A stretch of 63,957 nt of DNA, counting the filler, from Lama guanicoe (lineage: Eukaryota), in NCBI GenBank assembly GCA_013239625.1. It is 93 parts of 93 records of this genome, joined end to end, with 100 filler letters (N's around TTAATTAATTAA, not from the genome) between each part and the next. Parts side by side here need not be neighbours in the genome. Positions count along the whole stretch, not along the records: positions 49,842 to 50,139 come from PNXV01028600.1; positions 50,240 to 51,077 come from PNXV01028601.1; positions 51,178 to 51,682 come from PNXV01028602.1; positions 51,783 to 52,348 come from PNXV01028604.1; positions 52,449 to 53,336 come from PNXV01028605.1; positions 53,437 to 53,923 come from PNXV01028606.1; positions 54,024 to 54,449 come from PNXV01028607.1; positions 54,550 to 55,167 come from PNXV01028609.1; 85 more parts are not named here. One strand, given 5' to 3'. Below the pieces are notes generated by a model. That model searched no databases and had not been told where the DNA came from. It saw nothing but the letters and a program-made list of their open reading frames with translations. Each line of letters begins with the position of its first letter. The stretch's first letter is position 1. The translations under genes and the position numbers were made by a program. Positions 49,801 to 63,925 of this stretch are shown here, piece by piece.

Positions 49801-50239
49801 NNNNNNNNNNNNNNNNNNNNNNNNNNNNNNNNNNNNNNNNNAACAAGTGATGTGCTTGTGTTTTGTTGATTCTGTTTTCCACAGAACTTATGTTTTGGCT
49901 TCCAAAAGTTATTTCTTTATTTTAACGCTTTCAGCATTTTTCTCTCATCTGCTCATATCTTTCTTTCCATTTATTTGTTAATTTTTATATTTTTCTGAAA
50001 TGAATGCTTAGTTTGTATCTTTTAAATTCTAACTATAAGTATTTAGATCTGTGTACATATTTTTCTGATTATGGTTAGGCTGCACTTTTTCAAGTGACTT
50101 ACTCTTATCATCACAACTTGATGATAATTTTAACTAGAANNNNNNNNNNNNNNNNNNNNNNNNNNNNNNNNNNNNNNNNNNNNTTAATTAATTAANNNNN
50201 NNNNNNNNNNNNNNNNNNNNNNNNNNNNNNNNNNNNNNN

Positions 50240-51077
50240 GCAAAACCCCAGCCCCTCGCACTACCTCGCGACAAGCCAAACTCATCGCGCTCACCAGAGC
50301 CCTCACCTTAGCAAAAGGTAGACACATTAACGGCTACACCGGCTCTAAATATGCAGTTCACATACACGCCCATGCCATAATACTGCAAACGAGGAGTCCT
50401 CAACACCCACGGAACCCCCATCTCTAATGGAAAACTGATTCATAGGCTCCTAAAGGCAGCCTTACTTCCAACGGCCGCAGCTCTCCTCTGTTGCAAGGGA
50501 CAGCGAGCCCCAGGAAGTGACACAGCCTGAGGCAATGCCTTTACAGACGCCAGCGCGAAAAGCGGCCACCAGGGAGTCCATCAGATCTGAACCACACCCA
50601 AATGCCTCCCCATCGCTCCATAAATCAAGCCCACATATACCCAAGGCAAACGGTACACACCCCCAAGTCAGGGCGCCCTGCCGTTCAGGGATGGCTCGTG
50701 CTCAGCTCCAAAATCGTACTCCCCAGCCACAAGGGAAACAGACCCTAGAACAAATTCACTCTCAGGTTCACTCTGGACACCTCACCGTCTATCAGATGTT
50801 AACCCAGGATTTCCTATCCCCACTTAGAGACCCACCTTACAGCAAGTCGCTCTTGACTGCACTACTTGTTCCAAAACATCTCCCCAAGGAGCCATGAGGC
50901 CACCACCTTTTCCCGCACACCAGCACGAGGACAGCTCTCTGGACAAGACTGGCAGCTAGATTTTACCCACAAATTTAATTATCCTCTGATCTTAGCTGAC
51001 TCCTTTACTGGGTGGACTGAGGACTTTGCATTTGCATCAGCAAAGGCCCTAGCAGTTTCTTCAGTTTTGCTACAACA
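50240..51077 (+). mobile_element. pol: Class I (gamma-like, ERV1) endogenous retrovirus pol fragment: RNase H to integrase, frameshifted
   Basis: QAKLIALTRALTLAKGRHINGYTGSKYA (RNase H); IHSQVHSG and CTTC (HHCC zinc finger); RGQLSGQDWQLDFTH..YPLILADSFTGWTE (integrase core). Confidence 0.92.
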
Positions 51078-51782
51078 NNNNNNNNNNNNNNNNNNNNNNN
51101 NNNNNNNNNNNNNNNNNNNNNTTAATTAATTAANNNNNNNNNNNNNNNNNNNNNNNNNNNNNNNNNNNNNNNNNNNNGTAAACCTCACCATGGCCTCTGA
51201 GAATGAATAATTGAAGTACAGAGAGTGAATAACTAGCTTGAAGTCTTTCAACCAGTGAGTTTAAGATCAGGATTTAACCTCAAATTATCTGACTCCCAAA
51301 CCCAAAATTTTTCCACTGAGACACATGGACTCCCCTACTCTAACTACAAATGTCATAAACACTTAGAAACAGCATTTGCTTCTATGCAAACTGCTCAACT
51401 TTGAATTCCAGTCTCTTCTTTCATGATCCCTTATATCACGCATAGCAAACAAGAATTTTTTCTGAACCAAGTGATAGCCTTAAAACTTAAAAAAGTGACC
51501 TGTTAGTTTTGTACTTGAATGCTTGCTGAAAGAAGACTGTGTGATTTAAAGAAAACAAGGAGTCAAAGCCAAAGGCCAGCCGTCTCCCCATTTCTTGGTT
51601 GTGCACTTGGGCAAATCACTTAAATCTATTGCGTCTCAGTTTTATTTCTCAATTATTAAGAAACATTAATAATAATGAAGAGNNNNNNNNNNNNNNNNNN
51701 NNNNNNNNNNNNNNNNNNNNNNNNNNTTAATTAATTAANNNNNNNNNNNNNNNNNNNNNNNNNNNNNNNNNNNNNNNNNNNN

Positions 51783-52348
51783 TCGACCCCACCTATCCCA
51801 GCTGCCTCCACTCCAGCTTTCTCCCCAAAGACACTCACCTCACCCTCCCTTCCCAGACAACTCCTGGTTTTCCTGCCCAGAGATGCCATGTTTAGACTTC
51901 TGGGCCTCGGCATGTGCATTCTCCTCTACCTGGAGTGCACTTCTCAGGGCAAACTCCCAGTCATACATCAACACCCAGGACGAAGGTTTGTGAAGCCAGA
52001 CACACATAGCCCCAAGCAGGTGCACAGCAATCAGACCTATGCCAGATAAGAGATGCTGTGGGCAGTACTGTCTTTCCGTTACCTTCTAGGACCTTATTTC
52101 TTTTAGGCCTGACCTAATTTAATTCCTCTTATGGCTCTTAACCTGCTGAGTTCACGTGAATCTTCCCAACTGTGTACTGTGAAGCACTCTGTTCACGAAG
52201 AGAATGAAAATATTCAAGTATTTTTTAAAAAGAATTTTCACTAGTCTTTGTACCTAGCTAGCATATGAAGTAAAACACTCCCTATATTTCTAAAATTACG
52301 ACCAAATTTAAATGTTTCTGAAACAAATTTGCTTGTAAGAGTAAAATA
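51783..52348 (+). repeat. Duplicate contig D1 (near-identical to 60691-61257)
   Basis: Same ends; several SNPs and a 1-bp indel. Confidence 0.96.
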
Positions 52349-52899
52349 NNNNNNNNNNNNNNNNNNNNNNNNNNNNNNNNNNNNNNNNNNNNTTAATTAA
52401 TTAANNNNNNNNNNNNNNNNNNNNNNNNNNNNNNNNNNNNNNNNNNNNTGTCCTGATTAAAGGTAGGCTGAAGCAGGGACTAGGATTCATTCATTAGGCC
52501 CAGGAACCTGGCCATTTGTCCCCCTCCCTTCTCACTCCAGGAGATTTTATTAGGGGACATGGCATTCACAAGCACCCTCCTGTTTACATATGCTGGCCTG
52601 TTGGGGAAGATAGACAAATCACTGCTAGTCACTCTGAGGAATATACCTTCAAATAACTCATGGGTATATAATTTTTTTGTCTTATTGTGCTTGCAACACC
52701 TTTAAATTTTACCATTAAATACTGAGCATAAGTATGTATTGGTCTTAAGTCTGCAGATTTTTGAAATGTAAAGATAAATGAACAAATGGCTTAAAAGATG
52801 TGACGCAGTAAACACCAATTGTCAAATCTAGGTGGTGATAAAATTCTAGGTAAAGGTTATACTTTATACCCTCTACCACTAAGAAAGAGAGACAGTTCA

Positions 52900-53290
52900 T
52901 CCTGGCCTCTTTGAGCTTTGCAGGTGACATATACATAAGTATAACAGTTGAGAACACCCTTTTGACACATTTCTTGGTGACCAGAATGCTGCCAGTTTTG
53001 AGAGTCGTCAGAATAACAAGTACTCGACGTCAGGTCCAGGCTGTGCTGCAAGCTTTCCTGCTTCTTGGTCCATATGTCCCTGCAGATCCCCTGGGCAGGA
53101 TTTAGCCGTGGTGGATACAGAAGCTGTGTATGACTTCACAGAGCAAAACCCGAAGGGCTCTGGAGCAGGGCTGTGCCTTCCATGACAAAGAGCTCATTGT
53201 TGTTTGAAAATCAGCTCCTGGCATGTCACTTGGCCCTTGTAAATACAAAGTACCTGACCATGGACAATCCAGTGACTAGGTGACCCAAGG
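52900..53290 (+). mobile_element. pol: ERVL pol fragment (RT connection / RNase H region), degraded
   Basis: VTRNAASFE, QVQAVLQAFLLLGPYVPADP, WSRAVPS, FENQLLACHLALVNTKYLTMDNPVT match ERVL pol (QVQAAVQAALPLGPYDPADP; FEKQLLACYWALVETERLTMGHQVT). Confidence 0.85.
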
Positions 53291-53436
53291 TGGATGTGTT
53301 AACCCTACTCATACCGTTAAAATAGCATTTAATATANNNNNNNNNNNNNNNNNNNNNNNNNNNNNNNNNNNNNNNNNNNNTTAATTAATTAANNNNNNNN
53401 NNNNNNNNNNNNNNNNNNNNNNNNNNNNNNNNNNNN

Positions 53437-53923
53437 TAAAATGTGATACACACACATAAACATATAATGGAATATTATTCAGCCACAAAAAAGAAGAAAA
53501 TCCTGCCATTTATAATAACATCGATGGATCTTGAGGGCATTATGCTAAGTCAAATAAGTCTGACAGAGAGAGACAAATACTGTATGATCTCACTTACATG
53601 TGAAATGTTAAAAAAAATCAAAGCAAACTGAACTCACAGATACAGAGAACAGATTGGTGGTTGACAGAGGCAGGTTGTGGGGGTGAGCAAAATGGGTGAA
53701 AGTGATCAAAAGGTACAAATGTTCAACATGTACAGCATGGTGACTATAGTTAATAAGAATGTAATATATTTTAAAGTTGCTAAGAGAGCAGATCTTAAAA
53801 GTTCTTATCACAAGGGAAAAAAAGTGTAATTCTGTGAGGTGATGCATGTTAACTAGACATTATTCTGATCATTTTGTAATATATACAAATACCAAATCAT
53901 TATGTTGTACATCTGAAACTAAT
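53437..53923 (+). mobile_element. L1MA/MB ORF2 C-terminus and 3' UTR
   Basis: MEYYSATKKKKILPF...MDLEGIMLSQIS..ERDKYCMISLTC. Confidence 0.93.
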
Positions 53924-54023
53924 NNNNNNNNNNNNNNNNNNNNNNNNNNNNNNNNNNNNNNNNNNNNTTAATTAATTAANNNNNNNNNNNNNNNNNNNNN
54001 NNNNNNNNNNNNNNNNNNNNNNN

Positions 54024-54152
<129 letters not shown>

Positions 54153-54549
54153 TCATATGAAAACAAGTTACAAAAGTTTTTACTGACAAGATTCGATACT
54201 TGGAACCCTGAATTGGCCTGGAAACTATAAAAATCATTTGGTATGCAATCACTCTTAGTGATTTAAAGAAATAAATCTATAATTTGCTCTGCATTTGCCT
54301 CACTATTTATCATCAGTGTTATCAGCATTAAAGGGCTAGAATGTTAAAAATCTATAGAATCTAAAAACCTGGAAAGTATACAGAATTTTTCAAATGTCAA
54401 TTCCTCTTCAAAGGAGTAAGTATCTCACCTTTCTCTAAGATGTATTTCANNNNNNNNNNNNNNNNNNNNNNNNNNNNNNNNNNNNNNNNNNNNTTAATTA
54501 ATTAANNNNNNNNNNNNNNNNNNNNNNNNNNNNNNNNNNNNNNNNNNNN

Positions 54550-54990
54550 CTGGATTCTTGCAGCCTTTGATAAAATAGGAGAAGAAGAGATGCACCAACG
54601 AACATACCGCCAAGGTTTTGAACAGAATTTAGAGAAATCACGTGAGCCAGACTTGTTGGTTTTGAAAATAAAACTGTTTCTCAATCTTTCTCAGCAAAAT
54701 AATATCAAAGTAAGAAATCAAATTCAGATAGGGCTATAAGATCATTTGATCAAATCCCCAAAATGTCTAAGTTGGTATGTCTCAAAGATACTTTCAGCTA
54801 GACAAAAGCCATCCAAAGGACTTAAGGGCATGCCTCCTAGACTTTCCCTGTTAAAACAATAGAAATCCTACGATTTTTAAGGGTTTTGTATCACAGCAGC
54901 TTCACAGGGGATCCAAGGTTTTAGCGGGCTTTGAGAGAAGAGTCACGAATGTATCTTTTGTTTAATGGAGTAGATTATGACTTGATACAC
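54550..54990 (+). mobile_element. Probable MaLR internal (MLT1-int) fragment
   Basis: TGGATTCTTGCAGCCTTTGATAAAAT...GACTTAAGGGCATGCCTCCTAGAC resembles MLT-int. Confidence 0.45.
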
Positions 54991-56639
54991 AAAGCTTTGA
55001 AAAGAATTATATTAGCCTGGACTGATAAAACAAGGAAAGTTCAAAAGGAAGAGGCTTTTGGATTCTAACCTACTTCAGCTAAGAAGCAGGTTGAAAAGTG
55101 TTCTTTATTTAGGAAGATTTTTTTTTTCCTCTTATGTTTTGAACACAGATGACTAAAATTAGAACAGNNNNNNNNNNNNNNNNNNNNNNNNNNNNNNNNN
55201 NNNNNNNNNNNTTAATTAATTAANNNNNNNNNNNNNNNNNNNNNNNNNNNNNNNNNNNNNNNNNNNNGGAAGGAGAGGAAGAAAGGGAAAGAGAGAACAC
55301 AGGAGAAGAAAGAAAACGTGGAAGAAAGACTGTGAAGGGCAGGCAGGTGGTTCTGGGAGCCACAGCTCGTCCAGTGTGTATCACAGGAAAAGGCTCGGGT
55401 TAAAAATAAGAATGAGGGTGTACAATCTTGAACTACAGGCTAAGATGTTATTAAGATCTCTACTCAGCAAGAGGGAGTCATGAAGCTCGAAGAAAATGCC
55501 AGTGCAGCCAGTGTGGTTTTACAGATTAGATCAAGTTTATTTCTCAGTTCAAATTCTTTGGTAGTTTCTCCTTGGCGTTAGAATAAAGTTGAAAACCCAC
55601 ATCAGGACCCTCGCAGTCTTACATCGTCTGGTTTCCACCTCGCTCTCCAGTAATAACGCATGACCCTGTGCCCCTCCCTCCTCAGGGTTTAGCATATTGT
55701 TCCCTCTGAGTGACTGTCTCTACCTCTTCACTTGACTCTCTCCGCTTCTCTCTCCCTCAAATCTCATCTTATACATCACTTTCTCATGAAGAGACCCTTC
55801 TCNNNNNNNNNNNNNNNNNNNNNNNNNNNNNNNNNNNNNNNNNNNNTTAATTAATTAANNNNNNNNNNNNNNNNNNNNNNNNNNNNNNNNNNNNNNNNNN
55901 NNCAAGCCCAGTCCAATCCTGGACCCCGTTTGGCTTTTAAGTTGGATCCAGTCCAACTCTGGTTGGTAACCCCCAATAATTCCCATGGAACTCTGGATTG
56001 AACGAAAGGACTGGACCAGCAGACCTCAACAAATGAGGACTGCACACTGGGGCTCCACATGGATGGAAACTGCACACAGCCACTAGCGACTCCCGTGTGG
56101 TTCTTTAGGCAAAATTAAGGGCTGGGAATTGCAATCTAAAAGGGTAGGGGCTGGACTGTTCGCAGAACTGTCTACCAGCTCAGTGGGGTGCCAGGCAGAA
56201 TTATCTGCCAGCTGAAGCTGACCTGCCATGTAAATAAATGCCAATTAGATCAGAAGCTCAATACAAAGAAAGCAGAGCTCAGAACTGAGAGGGTCTTCCC
56301 CCCGGCCCTCAAAAATGGCAAGAAGGACAATGAACTCAAAGCATTCGTGGAGTACCAAGCCTGTCTTTCTCGTCCCCAAATGCCACCAAGTTTCACTTCC
56401 AATCCCANNNNNNNNNNNNNNNNNNNNNNNNNNNNNNNNNNNNNNNNNNNNTTAATTAATTAANNNNNNNNNNNNNNNNNNNNNNNNNNNNNNNNNNNNN
56501 NNNNNNNGCCTACGTCAAGCTCAGAATTCTTGGATGCGACCTTGACTGTGACATATACACACTCATAAGAAAAGTATAGCTTTTTACATGTGTTTTATTT
56601 TCTTCACTTAAACATTTCTTGAACATCTACAGTGTTCTA

Positions 56640-56930
56640 TATGCTTTTATTTAGAGTGTAAAGGTAAATAAAAATAATCTTTGTCCTTCAAGGGGACACA
56701 ATCTAATGAGGGAGAAAAGCGCATAGACTTATGATCACAATATGATGTGGTCAGTACTATTACTGAAACGCAGTGTGATGTCAGAGCACAGAGAAAGAGC
56801 ACATGGTCCACTGGGGAAAGATGCGGCCAGGGGAAGAAAGAGGAGGTGGTATTTGAGCTGAACCTTAAAGGAATAGTAAGTAAGAGGAAGCTCAACCAGG
56901 GCTGGCCAAGATGGGATGGTTTCAAAGGCT
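56640..56930 (-). mobile_element. LINE-2 3' fragment
   Basis: TTGTCCTTCAAGGGGACACAATCTAATGAGGGAG...GGAGGTGGTATTTGAGCTGAACCTTAAAGGA. Confidence 0.75.
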
Positions 56931-59900
56931 GAAAGATAGTTCTTTGTTGGTTTTCTTTCCAACCTTAATTAAGCTCTCAGTGATCAAGAACCATGGGTCT
57001 GTCTTAAATGACAGCATAGGACTAGTCTCCGTGGTAAGTACTCAATTACTACTTTCTAAGTGACTCCATTGACTGGTTAATAAAATGCTATTTAGGTAAC
57101 TACGGTTATGCCCTATTCAAGACACTTACCTTAGCTCTTCTGAAGACACAGCTAACAAACTAAGATGTACTTCCAGTCTTCACATGGGAACTGTAGGCGA
57201 AAATGGAAACAAGCAAACNNNNNNNNNNNNNNNNNNNNNNNNNNNNNNNNNNNNNNNNNNNNTTAATTAATTAANNNNNNNNNNNNNNNNNNNNNNNNNN
57301 NNNNNNNNNNNNNNNNNNAAATGCAAGTTCAAATCAGCCCACCCTCCGAGTAGGCACAAAATCAGAAGCCAGAAGCCCTCTGTGGCAGCGTGTAAAAGGA
57401 CTCTCATCTGCCATAGCTGAATGGCACATCCTGCTGATAAAAGTCAGAGAAGTCCGAATCTGTGGCCCTAGCAAGTAACCTGTGCCAAAGTCAAGGGCGT
57501 GACCAGGACGGGTGGGATCCAAGGACCTGGCAGGGGGACATCTGGGGAGATGTGCTTGAGAACCTTCTATCCTCAGATTCCCTGGAACTCTCTGGGCTTG
57601 AAGAAGAAACCCACCCTTCCTGTAGACAACACATCTTCCTCTTGCCCTGCGTCCGCGCAGAGCTCTCCGCTGAGACAGCTGCCTCTCAGGATGAAACTTG
57701 CCCTTCTCAGGATTCCCCCCACCAGCCCTCACAGCTTCGAGGTCAGCACATTTTTATCTGTAAAGTGGTGTAATTGTATTTGNNNNNNNNNNNNNNNNNN
57801 NNNNNNNNNNNNNNNNNNNNNNNNNNTTAATTAATTAANNNNNNNNNNNNNNNNNNNNNNNNNNNNNNNNNNNNNNNNNNNNTTTCCATTCGATGAACTG
57901 ATCAACTCTTCTAAGTGGTCTTCATGCTCCCAGTCTACACGAAGTGCCTTCAGAAAGGCAGTTTCCTGGATCTTGCTGCTGAGCCCTTCATCTCCACAGG
58001 AACGGAAGCTTGGACGTGGTCCAGCTATCCCCAGGGCACCTGTGCTGGGTGTCTTTAGACATCACTTTGGAAGCTGGAAACTTGGATGGCAGAAAAGCCA
58101 TTAAACCACTACAAAATGAGCCAAGGTTTATGGTGTTTAAAGTTGTAGATTTTTTTTCCTGCAAGAACTGCTTTTTATTTTAATTTACATTTAGATGAGG
58201 TTTACAGCAGCAGATGCAGGAATTTCAGTCAGTTTGTAAGAAGCGACAGGCATTTCAGCCAATGAGGTAGCTAAAAGCAATGGCACCTGTCTTTCTCTTC
58301 AGATTTTTGGACAACCACGTTAGAAAAGAATGTGAACCACTGAGAATTCCCAAGCCAGATTAAAAACATACATAAATTTTCTTAAATTCAGATGGAAGAA
58401 GTCCAAAACTTTTCCAAAGAGACCATTTAAGTGTATCAGCCTCAAATCTCTAGAAAAACGGTTAACAACTAGGAAGAATAATGATGATTTCCTTTATTGC
58501 AAATATTATTTTATTCCAAAGAATATCTTGCAAATATGAAAACATAGGTGATATAGAACCAAGACACCTACTTATCTTTGAGTTTCTCTCTGTAACTGAT
58601 TCTCCATAATGACTTTCTAATCTTTAGTTACCGTTNNNNNNNNNNNNNNNNNNNNNNNNNNNNNNNNNNNNNNNNNNNNTTAATTAATTAANNNNNNNNN
58701 NNNNNNNNNNNNNNNNNNNNNNNNNNNNNNNNNNNGCAAAAGTGATTTAATTATTATAACTTTACAATATATTTAAGTATCTGGGAGTACAAATTCTCTC
58801 CCCTTGTTATCTATTCTTTTAAAATCAATTCTTAGGGACTTATTACGTAACTTGAATTTTTAATTCATTTCCACATATTCCAAATGAAACCAGCCAGGCT
58901 TTTGATTTCAATATAGAAAATATAGACTTAAGCTGGGGATTATTTACATTTTATTATAACAGTCCTTCCAAGTCAAAAGTATGGTATGTCCATTTATAAC
59001 CAGTTCTTTTTATATTCTTCAGTAAAGTTGTAGATTTCTAATAATTAAGTCCAGAGTATACTTTTCAAATTTAGATCTAAATGTATTCTAGTCAGTATTG
59101 CTGTCATGAATCACCTCTTTTTAAATTAACTTTTAAACAATTATTCTTGATGTATGGAAACATTTTTGATTTTTTTTTAAAACGTGATTTCTGCATCTGG
59201 ATTCTTGTTGAAATCTCTTTGATTCATTTTTTTAAAATACGTTTTATTTTACTGATAATCAGTGTTTATGGTAGAAAATAAAATAATTAGAAAAATTGTC
59301 TGTAAATCCACTGTAGTAGTTTNNNNNNNNNNNNNNNNNNNNNNNNNNNNNNNNNNNNNNNNNNNNTTAATTAATTAANNNNNNNNNNNNNNNNNNNNNN
59401 NNNNNNNNNNNNNNNNNNNNNNTGTGGAGTGTATTTAGAATCACTTCTATTTAAAGTGGGTAAGTGTTAAGGAAAGAATCAGATTCCATTGTCATCTTCT
59501 ACTATCCAGAAACCTCTCAAAGATCTTCAAGCACACAGGCTTTACTAAACATAAATTACCATTTATTTCTTATTGGGCATTCTGGGAAACAGCGGAGGCT
59601 TACCAGGGACAATTTTCTTGTTGAAAAACATATTGAAAATCCCTGAGATGGGTAAACAAAAGATAAGGTTGGAAACAAAAGTATCAGTTCCGACATGACA
59701 TACCAATTTGCTTTTCACGGGTGGATATTAGGCTGTTGGCAGGGACTAGCCAAACAATTTATATATTTCTCCCTTCCAGTCAGGCAGCATCTGGTTTGCA
59801 ATGGAAGACTGAACATTTGCCTGCTCTTCTCTATCTCCAACTGTCCTCCCCATATGTACTCACAGAAGTAAAGGAAACTTCTAAATCAAATTAATAAAAT

Positions 59901-60690
59901 GACAGACCATTAGGCAAAATATGGTACACTTTCTCTCATTAACCAGGGGTTCAAGAGGAAACAGATCTGCTTCCAGCTCAAGTTACAGTGTAGGCAAAAG
60001 AGCAGTCACACAGGTTTGCTGACTGGCTCCACACCTTCACGTAANNNNNNNNNNNNNNNNNNNNNNNNNNNNNNNNNNNNNNNNNNNNTTAATTAATTAA
60101 NNNNNNNNNNNNNNNNNNNNNNNNNNNNNNNNNNNNNNNNNNNNTGATCCTCCTTCAAGTCAAGTTTCTCACCCTTGCCTAGAAAAATACCTGATTCCCA
60201 GGACTCCCGTGTCCTCTCTGAATATCCTCCTTTTCAGGGCAGTGGGAGAGAGTCAAGGGCTCGTAGAAAGGATTAAAAGGAGGAGGGGAAAAAAAGAAGG
60301 CAAAGAGACCTGAAACCAGAAATAGAAAGAGAGAAAGAAGCTAGGATGACAGAGGAGAGAAAAACCACAGAAAAGAAAAGCCCAAGGCAGTAAGAGGTGA
60401 GAAGGAGAGAGAAAGAAAAGCTGATTTACTGCTGAGAAACGCTTCTCTCCGTCAATCCTCCAGGTCAAGAAGAGCATGGAGAGGAGGCGACGGACGCCCA
60501 GTGAGTGACCTGGAGCAGAAGGAGCCCAGCCCGATGGGACAGCAAGCCCACAGCCTGGTGGCCTCTGCCCTGGTGTATCTCGTCCAGGTGNNNNNNNNNN
60601 NNNNNNNNNNNNNNNNNNNNNNNNNNNNNNNNNNTTAATTAATTAANNNNNNNNNNNNNNNNNNNNNNNNNNNNNNNNNNNNNNNNNNNN

Positions 60691-61257
60691 TCGACCCCAC
60701 CTATCCCAGCTGCCTCCACTCCAGCTTTCTCCCCAAAGATACTCACCTCCACCCTCCCTTCCCAGACAACTCCTGGTTTTCCTGACCAGAGGTGCCATGT
60801 TTAGACTTCTGGGCCTCGGCATGTGCATTCTCCTCTACCTGGAGTGCACTTCTCAGGGCAAACTCCCAGTCGTACATCAACACCCAGGACGAAGGTTTGT
60901 GAAGCCAGACACACATAGCGCCACGCAGGTGCACAGCAATCAGACCTATGCCAGATAAGAGATGCTGTGGGCAGTACTGTCTTTCCGTTACCTTCTAGGA
61001 CCTTATTTCTTTTAGGCCTGACCTAATTTAATTCCTCTTATGGCTCTTAACCTGCTGAGTTCACGTGAATCTTCCCAACTGTGTACTGTGAAGCACTCTG
61101 TTCACGAAGAGAATGAAAATATTCAAGTATTTTTTAAAAAGAATTTTCACTACTCTTTGTACCTAGCTAGCATATGAAGTAAAACATTCCCTATATTTCT
61201 AAAATTATGACCAAATTTAAATGTTTCTGAAACAAATTTGCTTGTAAGAGTAAAATA
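60691..61257 (+). repeat. Duplicate contig D2
   Basis: Direct comparison with D1. Confidence 0.96.
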
Positions 61258-63666
61258 NNNNNNNNNNNNNNNNNNNNNNNNNNNNNNNNNNNNNNNNNNN
61301 NTTAATTAATTAANNNNNNNNNNNNNNNNNNNNNNNNNNNNNNNNNNNNNNNNNNNNGAAATTGGTGCTTGTCTTCCTTTTGCCAGGGATGTTGATAGGC
61401 TAACAATTCAATTCATAAACTGTATTGTGGGTATCTTTAAGATAACTATGGTATGTGCATGTGTGTGCCTGTGTGCATGGTCCTGTTCTAACCAACTGAA
61501 GTCTAAACTTCCCAAGGGTAGGAGCTGAGCTTCCTATATTTTATGGCTTGGTGAAAGTTACAATTTCTATATATCTTAGAATATCTAGATAGTTTCATTA
61601 ATGATGAACTATAAGTTTAAGGTTTCTGTTAATTACCTATTCTTCCTTCTACTTTTTAAATCAACTTTGTAGATTTTCTAACAACCTATAAACCAAAAGA
61701 ATCCTTAAATAAAAATCACCCCATCAGGAAGGCAGTGCCAACATGGCATAGTCGAAGGACACATAGCTCACCCCTTCCCATGAATACAGTGCAAATTACA
61801 TCTACAGACCAATCAGCTCACACAGAACTACNNNNNNNNNNNNNNNNNNNNNNNNNNNNNNNNNNNNNNNNNNNNTTAATTAATTAANNNNNNNNNNNNN
61901 NNNNNNNNNNNNNNNNNNNNNNNNNNNNNNNCTGAGGATGATGATGAAGATGATGACAAAACCAGCAACAAATCAGAGGAGAAGAATTGAAGAAGATTTT
62001 TAGTAAGAATCCAAAGCATGAACATAGCTTCCAGTTCCCTGTCCCTTCTTCTCCCCCAACCCTGTGCATTTTTGTTCTCTGCTTCCATTGATTTAAGAAA
62101 CTATCAGTATACATGCTGCTTACATGTTTTTTCCTTAACAGTATATCCTGCAGCTCACTCCACAGCAGTATACAGAAATGTTCTTCATTCCATTTTACGG
62201 CCGCACCATCCCAGTGATTCTGTTGTGGATTTACCATAGTTGATTTACCCAGTCCGTTATGGGTGGACATTCAGATTGTTCCTTCTTTGGCTATCACAAT
62301 TACAGCAATCACAATATAGCCCACAAATAACAGCCATTCCATTATTGTTCTGTACTTGGCTGTGCCAATACTGTGCGTATTGCAAACACATATCATCCTG
62401 TTTAACTTGCTTTTTTTCAACGAGGTTACANNNNNNNNNNNNNNNNNNNNNNNNNNNNNNNNNNNNNNNNNNNNTTAATTAATTAANNNNNNNNNNNNNN
62501 NNNNNNNNNNNNNNNNNNNNNNNNNNNNNNGGGGGGCGACAGCGACCAGATGGGAGCGCGGAAGGAAGCGCAGCCGCACGTGCTGGCGGTGGGAACAGCG
62601 GTGACCTGGGCGTTGGCGTCCCCGCGCTCCCAGCTGTGTCCCTTGAGGCAAGTCACTCAGCCTCTCAGAAACCTGGTGAGATCCGAGCGGGAAGTGAATC
62701 TCAGCACAGGGAAACCCTTTCCAACAACTGCGGAGAGCCTTGTGTCCTGGGCCGGATCTCAATCCCACCTCGGCCCAAATCTCTTCCTCACTCGGGTACC
62801 CTAAAGCTGGGGGGGGGGCTTCAGGATCTGAGGAAGTGAGCCGGGGGTAGGGGGGTCAGGGGAGCAGCCCAGAGGCTTCCCTGTCCCCACCCCCACCGTC
62901 TTTTGGTCCCTGGGATACCACCACCCCTGACCCTGAAAGGGAGCCCTGACAGCTGCTAAAAGGGAGGCAGCCTGGTGACCAGATGNNNNNNNNNNNNNNN
63001 NNNNNNNNNNNNNNNNNNNNNNNNNNNNNTTAATTAATTAANNNNNNNNNNNNNNNNNNNNNNNNNNNNNNNNNNNNNNNNNNNNAGGGAAAGTCTATGA
63101 TATGATTTTATAGTGTAAGCATTCAGTAAATGGGACATTCATTTACCTTGGTGATTTACCTTGCCCTGTTTGATTTTTCTTCATAGTCTTTAAAAAATGA
63201 TGTGTGCATTCATCAGTGTCTTTATTGCCCATCTCCCACCAGTCAGAATGGGCCCTTTATGAGAGCAGATGCTGTTGTACACATTGCTAGTCCCACATAG
63301 GGCAGTGACTTGAACAGAACAGATGGCCAATCCTTCTTTGCTGAGTAAAGGAATGTCACCATTTCGTAAGTTGGTGGCTCTTTCAGCGTGCTCACTCTAA
63401 ACCAACACACATGCCTACAATTTGAAGACACCATTAAGTTCTATCCAGCCTGCGTCAGACCTCACACCACAAAAATTCAGACCTTGTACCACAAAAAGTT
63501 CAGGTTTCTTGGGGGATGCGAGAACATCAAAACGACTTACCTTCTGATTATTCTCAAAGTGTAAAANNNNNNNNNNNNNNNNNNNNNNNNNNNNNNNNNN
63601 NNNNNNNNNNTTAATTAATTAANNNNNNNNNNNNNNNNNNNNNNNNNNNNNNNNNNNNNNNNNNNN

Positions 63667-63925
63667 AATTTAAGCTTTTTATGTATCTTGAGTTAATTTT
63701 GCATGTGGTATGAAGTAAGGATCCAATTTCATTTCTCTTGGAAATGAAAAAAATTTCACTGGATTGACAATTGCCTGGCACCATTTGTTGAAAACAAAAT
63801 TTTCCCCCCTATTTAATGTTGCCCACTGTGGTAAAAAATCAGTTGGTGCATGTGTCTTTTCACAGTGCATGTGTCTTTTCACATTAGAGTGTTGCTCTGG
63901 ATACATGCCCGGCAGTGGGATCTCA
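63667..63925 (-). mobile_element. L1 ORF2 fragments
   Basis: TGAGTTAATTTTGCATGTGGTATGAAGTAAGGATCCAATTTCATT...GCACCATTTGTTGAAAA. Confidence 0.8.

Noticed and set aside
57883..58060. Minus-strand open stretch TPSTGALGIAGPRPSFRSCGDEGLSSKIQETAFLKALRVDWEHEDHLEELISSSNG
   Set aside because: Weak acceptor and no recognisable family
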